A stretch of 63,316 nt of DNA, filler included, from Octopus bimaculoides (GCF_001194135.2; 3 parts of 2 records of this genome joined end to end with filler, not necessarily neighbours in it), one strand, 5' to 3'; shown: positions 47,585 to 60,504, counted from the first letter of the whole stretch. Translations and numbers: made by a program. Notes: generated from the sequence alone by a model not told the origin.

Positions 47585-48599
47585 GTAAGTATTTGTTCTT
47601 TCTGTTGTTGTTGCTGTTGGTGGTAGTGGTAGTGGTGGTGGTGGTGGTGGTGGTTGTGGTGGTAGTCATGATGATGGTTGCATTGATCGAGTGAGGGACA
47701 TCTTGGTGCTGTGGAGGGACTTTTAATTATTGGTGGAGACTCAGTTAAACTTTGATCGAACATTCAGATGGTCGGGCGTTGTTCTGGATATCAGGATATA
47801 ACATATGTGTGGTCGTGTAGGAAGTAGCTTGCTTCCAAATCACATGGTTCCGGGTTCAGTCCTACTGCGTGGCACCTTGGATAAATGTCTTCTACTACAA
47901 CCTCGTGCCGACCAAATCCATGAGTGGATTTGGTAGACAAAATCTGAACGAAGCCCGTCGTTTATATGTGTGCATGTGTGTGTGTGCGTGTGTGTGTATC
48001 TGTGTGTGTTTCTGTGTCTGTGTTCCCCCAGCCCACACACAACGCACGACAACCGGTGTTGGTGTGTATACGTCCCCATAAATTAGCGGTTCGGCAAAAT
48101 AGGTAGGCATAAAAAATAAGTATTGGTATCGATACGCTCGACTAAAATTCTTCAAGGTGGTGCTACAGTATGGCCGCAGCCTACATGAATGAAACAAATA
48201 AAAGGTAAAAGATATCTGTGTCTAGCTGAATAACATACATTTGCTACCCATTCTTTCGCGACGTGATGAATCATTGAGGGACATTTTTTGCTGTTACATG
48301 AAAAATTCCCTGCTAACCGCCCAAAGCACCACCTTTGAGTATTACGATAACAACGGCATAATAATTCTATATCCACCAAGCAAGCAAGCAACCAATTAAC
48401 TAAGATAAAACTATGTAACCAGTTAAAGCATATTTGTAGTGGAGGAACTATTTTGTCTCTGCAATATTTTCTCAGTTTTTTTCTTCAGTCCTGGTGCATA
48501 GCCGAAGGAATATTTTCTCTATTTTTCTATGCTAATTGAGCTTTATTAAAGTAATTTTTTTTTGCTGCTTTGCATGACCATCCTGTCTTATTTAGGGTC

Positions 48600-48935
48600 A
48601 ACATTAATCTTGCTTTCGTTTTAGGTCGAGGCAGTCTACGTCACTGTTGATGTGGAAAATTTTTGTACTAGTCATTATCTTTCGGGTTTTCACATCAATG
48701 GTTCTGATCTCATAAAACATTCAACCAAGTAGCCGAAATGCTGGAATGCATACTAACTTGGTATTGCAAATACATTGTGGTTCATTATTTTAATGTATGC
48801 AGAGAGTTCTGAGGTTCATATTTTTCTTGTCCGTCTGTTACATGTTATAGTTACGCGTTTCCTGTTACACTACTATCGTTAGATATGTTTTCATATACCC
48901 CAAGGTACCTGTAACATTCTTCATCAGATATAGGA
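48600..48935 (-). mobile_element. Decayed RT (thumb region) fragment of an R4-like RLE retrotransposon
   Basis: Minus-strand frames give CYRYLGVYE, SELSA..HNVFAIP and IDVKTRKIMT..IFHINSDVDCL. Confidence 0.7.
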
Positions 48936-49081
48936 GACTCATTATTTACAATATTTATACTTGACGGATATTTATCTTCATCTTGGGCATATGGCATAGT
49001 GGTTAAGAGCGCGGGCTATCAATTCCAAGATCCCGAGTTCGATTCCAAGCAGTGACCTGAATAATAATAATAATAATAATA

Positions 49082-49326
49082 AGGTAACTCGAGGTAACTC
49101 GAATGTGGAATCTAAAAACGGAAACAATTCCTATCATAGTAGGTGCCTTAGGTATAATAAAAAAATATTCAGACAAATACATAACAAAAACACCAGGACT
49201 TACAAATATATATAACATACAGAAAATTGCACTACTGGGCACTGCACACATCCTACGCAAAACACTTCCAATACAGTAACCATAAGAGCATCACAGCAAA
49301 CCACAGCACATACCCAAGGCACACAG
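49082..49326 (+). mobile_element. R4/Dong-like 3' fragment inserted in the (AAT)n of the tRNA-headed element
   Basis: EVTRMWNLKTETIPIIVGALGIIKKYSDKYITKTPGLTNIYNIQKIALLGTAHILRKTLPIQ*. Same subfamily as 16754-17223. Confidence 0.85.
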
Positions 49327-49536
49327 NNNNNNNNNNNNNNNNNNNNNNNNNNNNNNNNNNNNNNNNNNNNNNNNNNNNNNNNNNNNNNNNNNNNNNNNNN
49401 NNNNNNNNNNNNNNNNNNNNNNNNNNNNNNNNNNNNNNNNNNNNNNNNNNNNCAGTACAGTTCTATATTTAAGAGATGAGGAATTATTTACATTATTTAC
49501 ATTTGACGGATATTTGTCCTCATCTTGTTTGCTGTT

Positions 49537-49582
49537 AACACAACGTTTCGGCTGATATACCCTCCAGCCTTCGTCAGGTGTC
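49537..49582 (-). ncRNA. Intact-looking minimal type I hammerhead ribozyme
   Basis: Minus strand GACAC-CTGACGA-A-GGCTG-gagggtatat-CAGCC-GAAAC-GTT-GTGTT. All core residues present; helix I 5 bp, helix II 5 bp, palindromic helix III (AACGTT). Predicted cleavage after GUU, between 49542 and 49541. Confidence 0.8.
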
Positions 49583-51593
49583 TTGGGGAAATTTCGAACC
49601 TGGGTTCTCATTCCTAAAGATGTTACTATTATTATATTATTATTATTATTCCTATTATTAATCAGGTCGCTGCCGTGAATCGAACTCGGAATCTTGGGGT
49701 TAGTAGCCCGCGCTCTTAACCACTACGCCCACGGGCATATGGCGTAGTGGTTAAGAGCGCGGGCTACTAACCCCAAGAAATAAACACCAGATAAGTTGTG
49801 AGCCACACAGAAATTGTAGGATTTGCTTAGAGATATGGGAATACTTTTCGTATATTCAGTGAGTATCTGAGTCTCACAAGTATCTCGCTTCTTAATCTGT
49901 ACGCTCTGCCGGAGTTGGGCAGTGGGGACTGATTTATCTTTTGATTGTTGAAGGTGTCCATCATTAATCTCTTATTAGCCACAACAATATTGAGCAGATT
50001 TCAGCTGCCATGTCTACCTTCTTGGTGATTTTATTTCTTTGGATTCCAAACCAATTTCCTGCAGCTTGCTAGAAAATCGCGGCAACCAACAATAACATGT
50101 CACGAGGCCACGTGTAATCCCCTTACAAGAGCCTCATCAAATCAGTCCTGAAATGTGGCTTCTTTCTTCTGAAAGGAAAATGGGTCAACCATTCAAATCC
50201 ACATGATTCTCGTAGTCTGAGATTTGTTTCCTACAGTTGCTTTCGCTTTTCGTGCTTCTGGAATTGGTATTTTCCCATCACTTGCAGAGTTGAATTTGCC
50301 TCCTGATTCAAACTGAGTTAGCACTAGACAATAGANNNNNNNNNNNNNNNNNNNNNNNNNNNNNNNNNNNNNNNNNNNNNNNNNNNNNNNNNNNNNNNNN
50401 NNNNNNNNNNNNNNNNNNNNNNNNNNNNNNNNNNNNNNNNNNNNNNNNNNNNNNNNNNNNNNNNNNNNNNNNNNNNNNNNNNNNNNNNNNNNNNNNNNNN
50501 NNNNNNNNNNNNNNNNNNNNNNNNNNNNNNNNNNNNNNNNNNNNNNNNNNNNNNNNNNNNNNNNNNNNNNNNNNNNNNNNNNNNNNNNNNNNNNNNNNNN
50601 NNNNNNNNNNNNNNNNNNNNNNNNNNNNNNNNNNNNNNNNNNNNNNNNNNNNNNNNNNNNNNNNNNNNNNNNNNNNNNNNNNNNNNNNNNNNNNNNNNNN
50701 NNNNNNNNNNNNNNNNNNNNNNNNNNNNNNNNNNNNNNNNNNNNNNNNNNNNNNNNNNNNNNNNNNNNNNNNNNNNNNNNNNNNNNNNNNNNNNNNNNNN
50801 NNNNNNNNNNNNNNNNNNNNNNNNNNNNNNNNNNNNNNNNNNNNNNNNNNNNNNNNNNNNNNNNNNNNNNNNNNNNNNNNNNNNNNNNNNNNNNNNNNNN
50901 NNNNNNNNNNNNNNNNNNNNNNNNNNNNNNNNNNNNNNNNNNNNNNNNNNNNNNNNNNNNNNNNNNNNNNNNNNNNNNNNNNNNNNNNNNNNNNNNNNNN
51001 NNNNNNNNNNNNNNNNNNNNNNNNNNNNNNNNNNNNNNNNNNNNNNNNNNTATACACATATATATTCATACATACACACACACACACATACACATACACA
51101 CACACATACACATACACACACACACACATATATATATGCATGTATGTATGTATTCATGTATATTGATTTATTCAAGCAGGGAGAAACATGCACATAAGGA
51201 AAGTAATTTAACTATCTGTAAAAAAAAAAAAGGAAAAATTAACCAATTAATAATTATGAGAAATAAAGTTTGATGCCACTTCTGCTAGATTACTGCTGTT
51301 TTTATTGTTATTGTTTGCGTTTCCTTGTTTAACCCCAGGGCAGCCTCGAAACGGTGCAGCTGTGTTAACTGATGTTCCAACCGTAACCACCACGAAATGT
51401 TTTGTTTTTAAATAGATTTTCTTAAAGTTAACACATGTTACTTGATTTGGAAATTCATCCATCTTTATTTCGAAATGTTTATTTGAATAACATAAAGAGA
51501 GGACAATCACTAAAATCAACAAAAAAACTATGAGCATAATTGTTATAGTAACAATAAAATAACAACAAAAACAAGATCTACATGCTACTACAA

Positions 51594-51975
51594 GTTGTTG
51601 GCACTCCGTCGTTTACGACGTCGAGGGTTCCAGTTGGTCCTTCAACGGAACAGCTTGCTCGTGAAATTAACGTGCAAGTGGCTGAGCACTCCACAGACAC
51701 ATGTACCCTTAACGTAGTTCTCGGGGATATTCAGCGTGACACAGTGTGACAAGGCTGACCCTTTGAATTACAGGTACAACAGAAACAGGAAGTAAGAGTG
51801 CGAGAAAGTTGTGGTAAAAGAGTACAGCAGGGTTCGCTACCATCCCCTGCCGGAGCCTCGTGGAGCTTTAGGTGTTTTCGCTCAATAAACACTCACAACG
51901 CCCTGTCTGGGAATCGAAACCGCTATCCTATGGCCGTGAGTCCGCTGCTCTAACCACTGAGCCATTGCGCCTCCA
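51594..51975 (-). mobile_element. tRNA-derived SINE family 3; other copies at about 8343-8600(+), 17645-17948(-), 18555-18765(-), 46780-47110(+), 53000-53285(+), 56546-56872(+)
   Basis: Head ggcgc(a/g)tggctcagtggttagagc..gttcgattccc, middle gtgttcttgagcaagacac, tail aattaacgtgcaagtggctgagcactccacagac. Confidence 0.8.
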
Positions 51976-53689
51976 CACTACTACAAGTATGAAAATAACA
52001 ACAGTAATAATCCTTTCTACTATAGGCACAAGGCGTGGATTTTGTGAGGAGGGGCACATTGGTTCACACCGACCACAGTACTCAACTGGTACTTAATTTA
52101 TCGACAGCGACAGGATGAAAGGCAAAGTCAACCTCGATGGGATTTGAACTCGGCAGACGAAATGCCGCTAAGCATTTCGCCCGGTGTGCTAACAATTCTG
52201 CCAGCTCAACAACAATAGTAGTAATGATAACATCAATAAAAATAAGAAATTCAACAACTAAGGAAACAGTATGCTGTTTCTTGATATGATAAAAATAAGA
52301 GATAAATCTCACTCAAATTTCATCATTGTGTTTTATGTTGGAATAACTATTATATTTGATCTCTTGACATTTACTTGTTTCAGTCATTAGACTGCGGCCA
52401 TACTGGGGTACTGCCTTGAAGAATTTTAGTCGACCATATCGATTACAGTACTTATTTTTAAAGCTTCGTACCTCTTCCATTGGCCTATTTTGCCGAACCG
52501 CTAAGTTACGGGCGCTTAGACACAACTACACCAGATTTCAAGTGGTAGTGGGAGGCAAACAGGGACACCACACACCCACAAACCCACACATCGAAATTCT
52601 TTCAATTTTCGTCTACCAAATCCCCTCACAAGGTTTTGGTTTATTGGGTTTTCAAAGCATAACACTAATAATATAACATATTTAAGTTCTGTGTATGTTT
52701 ATAGAAAAAAAATATTATTTTGTTTTGGAATGTTGCCTCTCAAAGCAGATGCCCTATCAAAAATAGTATCTAAATATTGGGTTACCTCCATCATTCACTC
52801 ACTGTCCCATTACTGTCTCTCACATAATACCTTGTCTCTGCTTTCTCTCATTCCTTACTCCTTTTAGCACTGTCTTTCCCATCTTTCTTTCGTGGATCCG
52901 AGGCTATAGAAGACACTTGCCTAAGGTACCACGCCGATGGGCTTAACGCAGAACCATGTGGTTAGGAAGGAAACTTCTTGCCACGCAGCTATATACTGTG
53001 AAGGCGCGTGGTCTGTGTGATTAGAGTATTGCACTCACAATTGCGAGATCGTGGTTTCGATTCCCAGAGCAGTTGTACGTTGTGTTCTTAAGTAAAACAC
53101 TCCGTTTCACGTTGTTCCTCTCAACTGTAAATGAATAACCCTGCGATGGACTGGCGTTCCGTTCAAGGGAAATGTTGGCCGGCCTATTAAGCCAGTGAGG
53201 TAACATCTTTCAAAAGCTAGAGCAATGCGAAGCGATTTGTGACCAGCGGTGTACAATAACATCCGATAATCTGGTCGATACCTCGATACCGTGATATATA
53301 AACATATATAAAATCAGGACTATAGCAATCATTAAACTTGTAAGCTATGTCTCCTTTGGTGAAGAAACTTCTCATTTGACCATGGACAAGTATAACCAAT
53401 CATTCGCCCTTTGCTATTAAATTTTTTTAATATAAATCTTATCCATCAGAACCAATACACATATCTTTTAGAAGAATATGATCTGGTTCAACCCACCGTT
53501 TAACAAAATCGTTAAAACGTTTGTCACCGAAGCAATTCTTGTATTTAATTCACAGTCATTCTACAAACACCCCGAGCAGTTATTACACAACTTTTGCAAC
53601 AGGAATTTTAATTTTGATAAATAACTACAAGACCCATCATCTTAAAAGGAATTGTGATTTTCTTTAATATTATTAAATGAAGACGGAAA

Positions 53690-53850
53690 GAGAAAGAGAG
53701 AGAGAGAGAGGGGGGAGAAAGATAAAGAGAGAGAGAGAGAAAAGAAGAGAGAGAGAGAAAAGAAGAGAGAGAGAGAAAAGAAGAGAGAGAAAAGAAGAGA
53801 GAGAGAGAGAAAAGAAGAGAGAGAGAGAGAAATAGAGAGAGAGTGGTGGG
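53690..53850. repeat. Compound (GA)n/(GAAAA)n purine tract
   Basis: Direct reading of the sequence. Confidence 0.9.
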
Positions 53851-56160
53851 GGAGTGAGAAATCTCATTCTACTGAAGATGAAATGAGGCTCTGTTCATTT
53901 CATATATATCCAAATTAAGAAAATGTTGTCAATCACGGCCCATCACAAACAAACAATCACGAAGCTTATGTTTCTTATTAATAATATTTATAAAAAGAGA
54001 TTTTGTAGCATTCTCTCATAACAGTTTATAACAAATTCATCGAAACAGAAGATGCCGTAACAAAACCTCAACTGTCACGTTCCTCATTGATAATGTTTAA
54101 GTTTTCTGTTGTTTTTAAAATCAATAATAATTATTTTGATGTTCATATGGAACTATTTGTATTTACATGTCATCATTTAAAAATGGTGGAGTCTTAAAAA
54201 ATAACTTCAAACTGCATCCGGCAGTGGAACGCTTGTGCTTGAGCTTCAGGATTAAAGAGTGTAGAACAACCTCTTGGTTACTATTGTTTCCTGGTCTATT
54301 CTATCACGGAATACTAGACCCTGTCAGGATCCCAGCTATGGGTTAATTAGCATGTCTTGCCTTACCTTCCTTTTAAGCCTTGCCTTACCTTCCTTCGTTC
54401 CTTCGTCAAATACAGAACAGCGTCTGTTTCAACATTAGACAACAAATTGTGTTTTGTGATGCTATTCGCTCTAACAGAACAAAATCAAGCCTGTGGGCTG
54501 TAAAAGTACCCCACTACCATAGACGTGGCAGTTCGCTGCAGGTTGACAACGACCTCAGTCGTCGAGGATCTCCTCCTTGGCATATATATACATAATCCAA
54601 AGTATAGTAACTGAAAAATTCGTACTAGTGAAACTGTACAGAAGCAGACGAGTACGAGTAATTAGCCCTAATATAATAATACACACACGGAACTTACAAA
54701 TATTTATTTTGCATTGCTTTTGGCTATATTTACAGCGTATGTCAAAATATTTCTTCCTTATTTCTAAAGTGCACTGTAATTAAAAACAAACTTACGAAAA
54801 ACAAGAACCACTTCTCTTAACTATAAGGAAAGTCAGGAGGTATGAGATGAATATATTTATCTCACCAATTGATATGCATAAGATGATAGTCATCTCGCAG
54901 CCAGCATCATGCAAAAATAATTGTTGCGTAGCTCGGGTCAGCATTGCCAAAACGTGGGTCCAAGACGTTTTGAATTTGTGAGAGCATAACCCTTTCCAGT
55001 TCTAAACATCAGTGTAATAAAAAAGATGAAAGGCTAAGTTGAACCCGGTGGAATTTGAACTGAGAACGTAAAGAGATGTGAAATACTGCTAGGTATTATT
55101 TCAGGCGTGCTGACGATTCTGTCAGGTCACGGGATTAAGGTACATTTATAATAAAATGTGATTTAAGCGTTAAATAACTATATAATTTGAGCACTGATTG
55201 AAGAATAATAATTTTATTTTACTTAAATTTAATCATTAGAAGCATCTCTGCTAAGGACATACACTGGTGTCGGAAATAGCCAATAGGCTAATTAAATTAT
55301 TATTAGCGATAGAAGCAGTATAAATACCAAGAAGAAATATTCATCCTTATTTAAAAGTGGATGTTGTGTTAAAACACAAAGTACTGCAATAGTTACCATG
55401 AGAGAACTCTCATATTGGTTTTTAGTGCGTAAAAGCTCTCTTCTTTATATCGTGAGCGGGGAGATAACTCACTTACCATCGCCACCATCGAAACTACCAG
55501 GTAACGGGATTTCGGACTTCCCTCAATTTGTTAATGGTAGAAGCTCCACTGCTGGAGTCAGCAGCGATATCTCTGCTAGTGATACGCATAGAACCATAGT
55601 GCGTAAACAGGCACTATACTTACACATACACACATATACACACACAGACATACACACACATTCATTCACAAACACACATATTTAATGCACAATATACGTA
55701 TTTATATAATCCGGTGATAATCACAGAAAAATCTCCTTTAGTGGACCAGACCAAAAACTACGTAGTAAATCAATACGTACAAGTGTAATGTAGAGTCTTA
55801 AGCAGTTGCAATGCCGTCAGTCTAATCAGAGAGGATTATTTCATAAAGAGTATATTAACTATAAGGAAAGTCAGGAGGTATGAGATGAATATATTTATCT
55901 CACCAATTGATATCCATAGGATGATAGTCATCCCGCAGCCAGCATCATGCAAAAATAATTTATTTAGTGTATAATATATTACTTTACGTGCCTGAATTAG
56001 TATGGACGCTTTAAAAGAACTATTGTACACTTTATAAACAAACCAATGCAGATATAGAAGGCTAGCTCATCAGATCAACAAAATGTCATGGTTAATCAAT
56101 TTTTCAACTCCTGCTTATATATATATATATATATTAATATATATATATATATATATATAG

Positions 56161-56423
56161 TTCACAATGCGCATGTTGCTCAGATAAAAGCACACTGCTG
56201 CAGCTATGAAATCCTTCCTCATCCCATTTACTCTCCCGACCTCTCACCGTCGGACTTCTACCACTTTCCAATCACTAAGTCTTTTTTGAAGGGGAAGCAT
56301 TTTTCGGATGATGAACTTATTTTCGATGTAAAGTCTTAGTTCCAGACGCAACCCACCGACTTCTACAGACGACGATTTCACAGCTGCATAAAGCGATGGG
56401 AGAAGTGTGTCACCATTGGTGGT
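56161..56423 (+). mobile_element. Mariner 3' fragment, same family as 32960-34205
   Basis: HNAHVAQIKAHCCSYEILPHPIYSPDLSPSDF..LKGKHFSDDE..IKRWEKCV. About 3 differences in 111 bp from 33781-33891. Confidence 0.85.
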
Positions 56424-57307
56424 NNNNNNNNNNNNNNNNNNNNNNNNNNNNNNNNNNNNNNNNNNNNNNNNNNNNNNNNNNNNNNNNNNNNNNNNNNNNN
56501 NNNNNNNNNNNNNNNNNNNNNNNNNNNNNNNNNNNNNNNNNNNNNNTTCGATTCCCAGACCGTGCATTGTGAGTGTTTATTGAGCAAAAACATCTAAAGC
56601 TCCACGAGGCTCCGGCAGGGGATGGTGGTGAACCCTGCTGTACTCTTTCACCACAACTTTCTCTCACTCTTACTTCCTGTTTCTGTTGTACTTGTATTTC
56701 AAAGGGCCAACCTTGTCACAGTCTGTTTCACGCTGAATCTCCCCCGAGAACTACGTTAAGGGTACACGTGTCTGTGGAGTGCTCAGCCACTTGCACGTTA
56801 ATTTCACGAGCAGACTGTTCCGTTGATCAGATCAACTGGAACCCTCGACGTCTTAACCGACGGAGTGCCAACTGATGTGTCTGTATAACAAAGATAATAA
56901 AGATATGTAATCTATGTATCTATCTATCTATCTATCTATCTAAGAACCACTTCCCTAGAAAATAGATAGCAGCCAATTTTGTTAGTGATATTTTGAATTG
57001 AATTTATAGCATTGTGCTTAAATAAATGCAGCATATTTTTTCCATACATCAGATGTAACAGTTTAACTAATGACATGAAATGATGGAAAACAATGCTATG
57101 AATACACAGGTTCGTGAATATCCCTGCGTGAATCCTATATAATATTGATGACAGTTGATGGATGAGTCTTCCTCTCTCTCCTTTCGCGTTTTTCCTCAAT
57201 GAAACATGAGTTACGTTTATTATCTGTATATTACATCAATTAATATATTATAGTCTGACAGCTTGGCCGATAAGTACCGCCTTTGAGGGTATAACTGCGT
57301 AAGCATG

Positions 57308-57406
<99 letters not shown>

Positions 57407-57475
57407 GTCTGTCTGTTTGTCTGCCTGCCTTCCTACCTTCCTGCCTGTCTGTCTGCCTGCCTGCATGCCTGCCTG

Positions 57476-57540
<65 letters not shown>

Positions 57541-57640
57541 NNNNNNNNNNNNNNNNNNNNNNNNNNNNNNNNNNNNNNNNNNNNTTAATTAATTAANNNN
57601 NNNNNNNNNNNNNNNNNNNNNNNNNNNNNNNNNNNNNNNN

Positions 57641-57677
<37 letters not shown>

Positions 57678-57910
57678 ATCTGGGGAAAGTCATTCTCTTT
57701 TAGTGCATTATCATTTAACACACTCATCGGTTCGATTTCCACCTCATTTATTTAATTTTTCTAAAATTTTTGTTGTGTCTTCCAACCTTTTCAGAAGTCG
57801 TTGACACTATCCGTTATCAGCGCTGCGTTTTTTTGCTTGTTTGTTGTGCCCACGTGTGTGCGTCAGTGTGCATGTGTTTACACATATGTATGTATGTACA
57901 TATATGTATG

Positions 57911-57942
<32 letters not shown>

Positions 57943-60456
57943 CATATACGTATTTATGCATGTATGTGTATGCATATATGTATGTATGCATGTGTGTACG
58001 TTTGTATGTATGTATGTACATATGTACGCACGTATTCTGCTTATCCATGTGTTTGTGTGTTCATGTGTGTGTGTTTGTATGTGTGTGTATGTGTGTGTTT
58101 GTATGTGTGTGTGTGTATTTATGTATGAACATCTCTCGCCTTGTGTGTGTATGTTTGAATGTGTCTATGTGTGTGGGTTTGTGTGACTATGTACCTGCGT
58201 CTGTTATGTATGGATGTGTGCCTCAATATGTGTCCCTGTGTGTGTGTGAAGTGTGCGCGTGTATATATGATCGTGTGTTTCAGCCTTCATTTGTGTATCT
58301 ATGTGTGAATGTGTGTGTGTACATATTACTTATGTACCTACCTATCTGTTTATCGATTTGTTTACTTACATATCCATTTAACTACCTACCTACCTAACTA
58401 CTTACCTACCTACCTACCTACCTACCTACCTACCTACCTACCTNNNNNNNNNNNNNNNNNNNNNNNNNNNNNNNNNNNNNNNNNNNNNNNNNNNNNNNNN
58501 NNNNNNNNNNNNNNNNNNNNNNNNNNNNNNNNNNNNNNNNNNNNNNNNNNNNNNNNNNNNNNNNNNNNNNNNNNNNNNNNNNNNNNNNNNNNNNNNNNNN
58601 NNNNNNNNNNNNNNNNNNNNNNNNNNNNNNNNNNNNNNNNNNNNNNNNNNNNNNNNNNNNNNNNNNNNNNNNNNNNNNNNNNNNNNNNNNNNNNNNNNNN
58701 NNNNNNNNNNNNNNNNNNNNNNNNNNNNNNNNNNNNAGAGTCAAAGATTTACTGGCCTATGGCCTTTATTAAGCAAGGAGGGGAAAACGAACCGGATATA
58801 AACAATGGGGAGTATCTCTCTTTTCTGATGGTCATTGGCTGGTCATCGGCTTCCGGCTACGTTATCTTCTTTCAGCTACGCCACCTTTCGTCTGTGAGGG
58901 TAGAAGGTAGAGGGTTATCTCCTACTCTCATCAGCAATCACTTCCCAGCTGTGGTGTAAATATTATCGCCAATACCGCTATTATCGTTATTATGCGGTTC
59001 GCCAAACGCTAATAGGAATTTCTTGAAATGTAAGTACGGCCTAAAAATCTCCGTTCATTTTATTAATTTTATTTTTTTGGTGTACTTTATTTATTCTTTT
59101 AGTTTACATAAAATTATTAAATTTTTGTATTTTGTATATCTATTTACCCTCGTATATACTGGTGTATATACGCGGAGCGGTTGTAACTTCTCTCTGCAGA
59201 TATAATGCAATATGGGACATGCATTTATATATTTTTTATTATTTATATCTACATTTTATAATTACAATATATTTTATATATATATATATGATAATTTTGT
59301 ATATGCCATATCTTTATATCTTCTTATATCCTTAAATCCTTTAAACATTTTTATTAACGTTGGAATTTTTTATATTTTTACATAACTATATTTTTGAATA
59401 AATTTATCTGTTATAGAACCAGTTATCTCATTTTTTTTTGCTTTTGATCCATGGTTTTACAATCAATAGAATGAATTCTGAATTTAATTTGGGTTGATTG
59501 TCTGAATGGTTTTATCGTGACCACCTTAAATTTTGCTAGGATGAAGTATTATAAAACTTTCATTTTATTTAAAAGTAATCTACTTTTTTAGTGCTTAAAT
59601 TGGTTTATATATCCTTCTTATTTTATCTGGTCCTTATATCCCTTTTTAAAGTTTAAAATTTTACTTCTTATTATTCAAAATATAATAATATATAGATTTT
59701 GGTATACTTTGGTTATATCTATTTTCCCGCTGTACCCTTAATACCCATTTAGATTTCATTGTAACTTCCTTTGTTTTCTACTGTGGGCCTTTTTAACTGA
59801 TAATAATAAAATAGTTTATGTCACTCCTACCCTCCCTATTTCTGGTCATTTACCACTATCTTGCTGACTTCTTCTGAGATTTGTTTCTTTATGTGGTCAT
59901 AGAGAGACTTTATAGCCATAGTGATTTAAGATTTGGGAGAGTATCTGACGATAATTAATTTATTAGCAGCAGCTAGAACTTAACTGTCAACTCCCAGTGG
60001 TTTTAGTTCTTAGTGGACAGCTGTACTAGATCTTTTGATAGTGAAAAGGAGATAAAATTTGTAGCTAAATTACCATCTCATGACCCCCTCTGTTATTCTC
60101 TTCTACCATTCCAAATTATAATTGGGGTATTTTTCTCTCTAACTTCATTCTGCTACAATAATAGCAGAATGATATTCTTTCATTCTCTAGTTCTGATGAA
60201 ATATTTGCTAAAAATTATAATGGAGTATCCTGTATGTCGAAGACCTATATTTTGCATCCGAAGATGGTGGTGTATTTCAAATTGATGAAATGGTTGCATT
60301 GTTCGATTAAATGGAGCCGCCTGAAATGGCTGTAATGCACTAATACCTCGACATGCTTGTTACTTATTTGCTTTTTATTCACCTTACTTCGAGCAGTGCG
60401 GCTAATACCGGACTGACTTGGTTCCAACTTAAGTACCTAATTCAACCGAATCTTAA

Positions 60457-60504
<48 letters not shown>

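Larger units (their letters stand above)
48940..49778. mobile_element. Second cluster of tRNA-head/hammerhead elements, including a head-to-head junction and a nested R4/Dong fragment
   Basis: Tail remnant (minus) 48940-48984; head (plus) 48985-49060; (AAT)n; R4-like fragment 49082-49326; N gap; tail (minus) 49453-49617; (ATT)n; head (minus) 49663-49730; head (plus) 49733-49778. Confidence 0.8.

Noticed and set aside
48625-48715. Candidate third exon of the stanniocalcin-like gene (acceptor ttttag|G, reading MSRQSTSLLMWKIFVLV...*)
   Set aside because: It lacks the expected tenth Cys, and the region is the antisense strand of a decayed retrotransposon RT fragment (IDVKTRKIMT..FHINSDVD).
50237-50306. 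Alternative phase-2 exon candidate (ICFRFSCFWNW...)
   Set aside because: The acceptor is plausible but there is no convincing similarity to the STC C-terminal helix. Cannot be supported without transcripts.
51256-51420. Signal-peptide-like stretch (RLLLFLLLLFAFPCLTPG)
   Set aside because: No in-frame ATG without a frameshift, no good donor, and it lies downstream of the STC-like exons. Probably a decayed (TTG/TTA) repeat.
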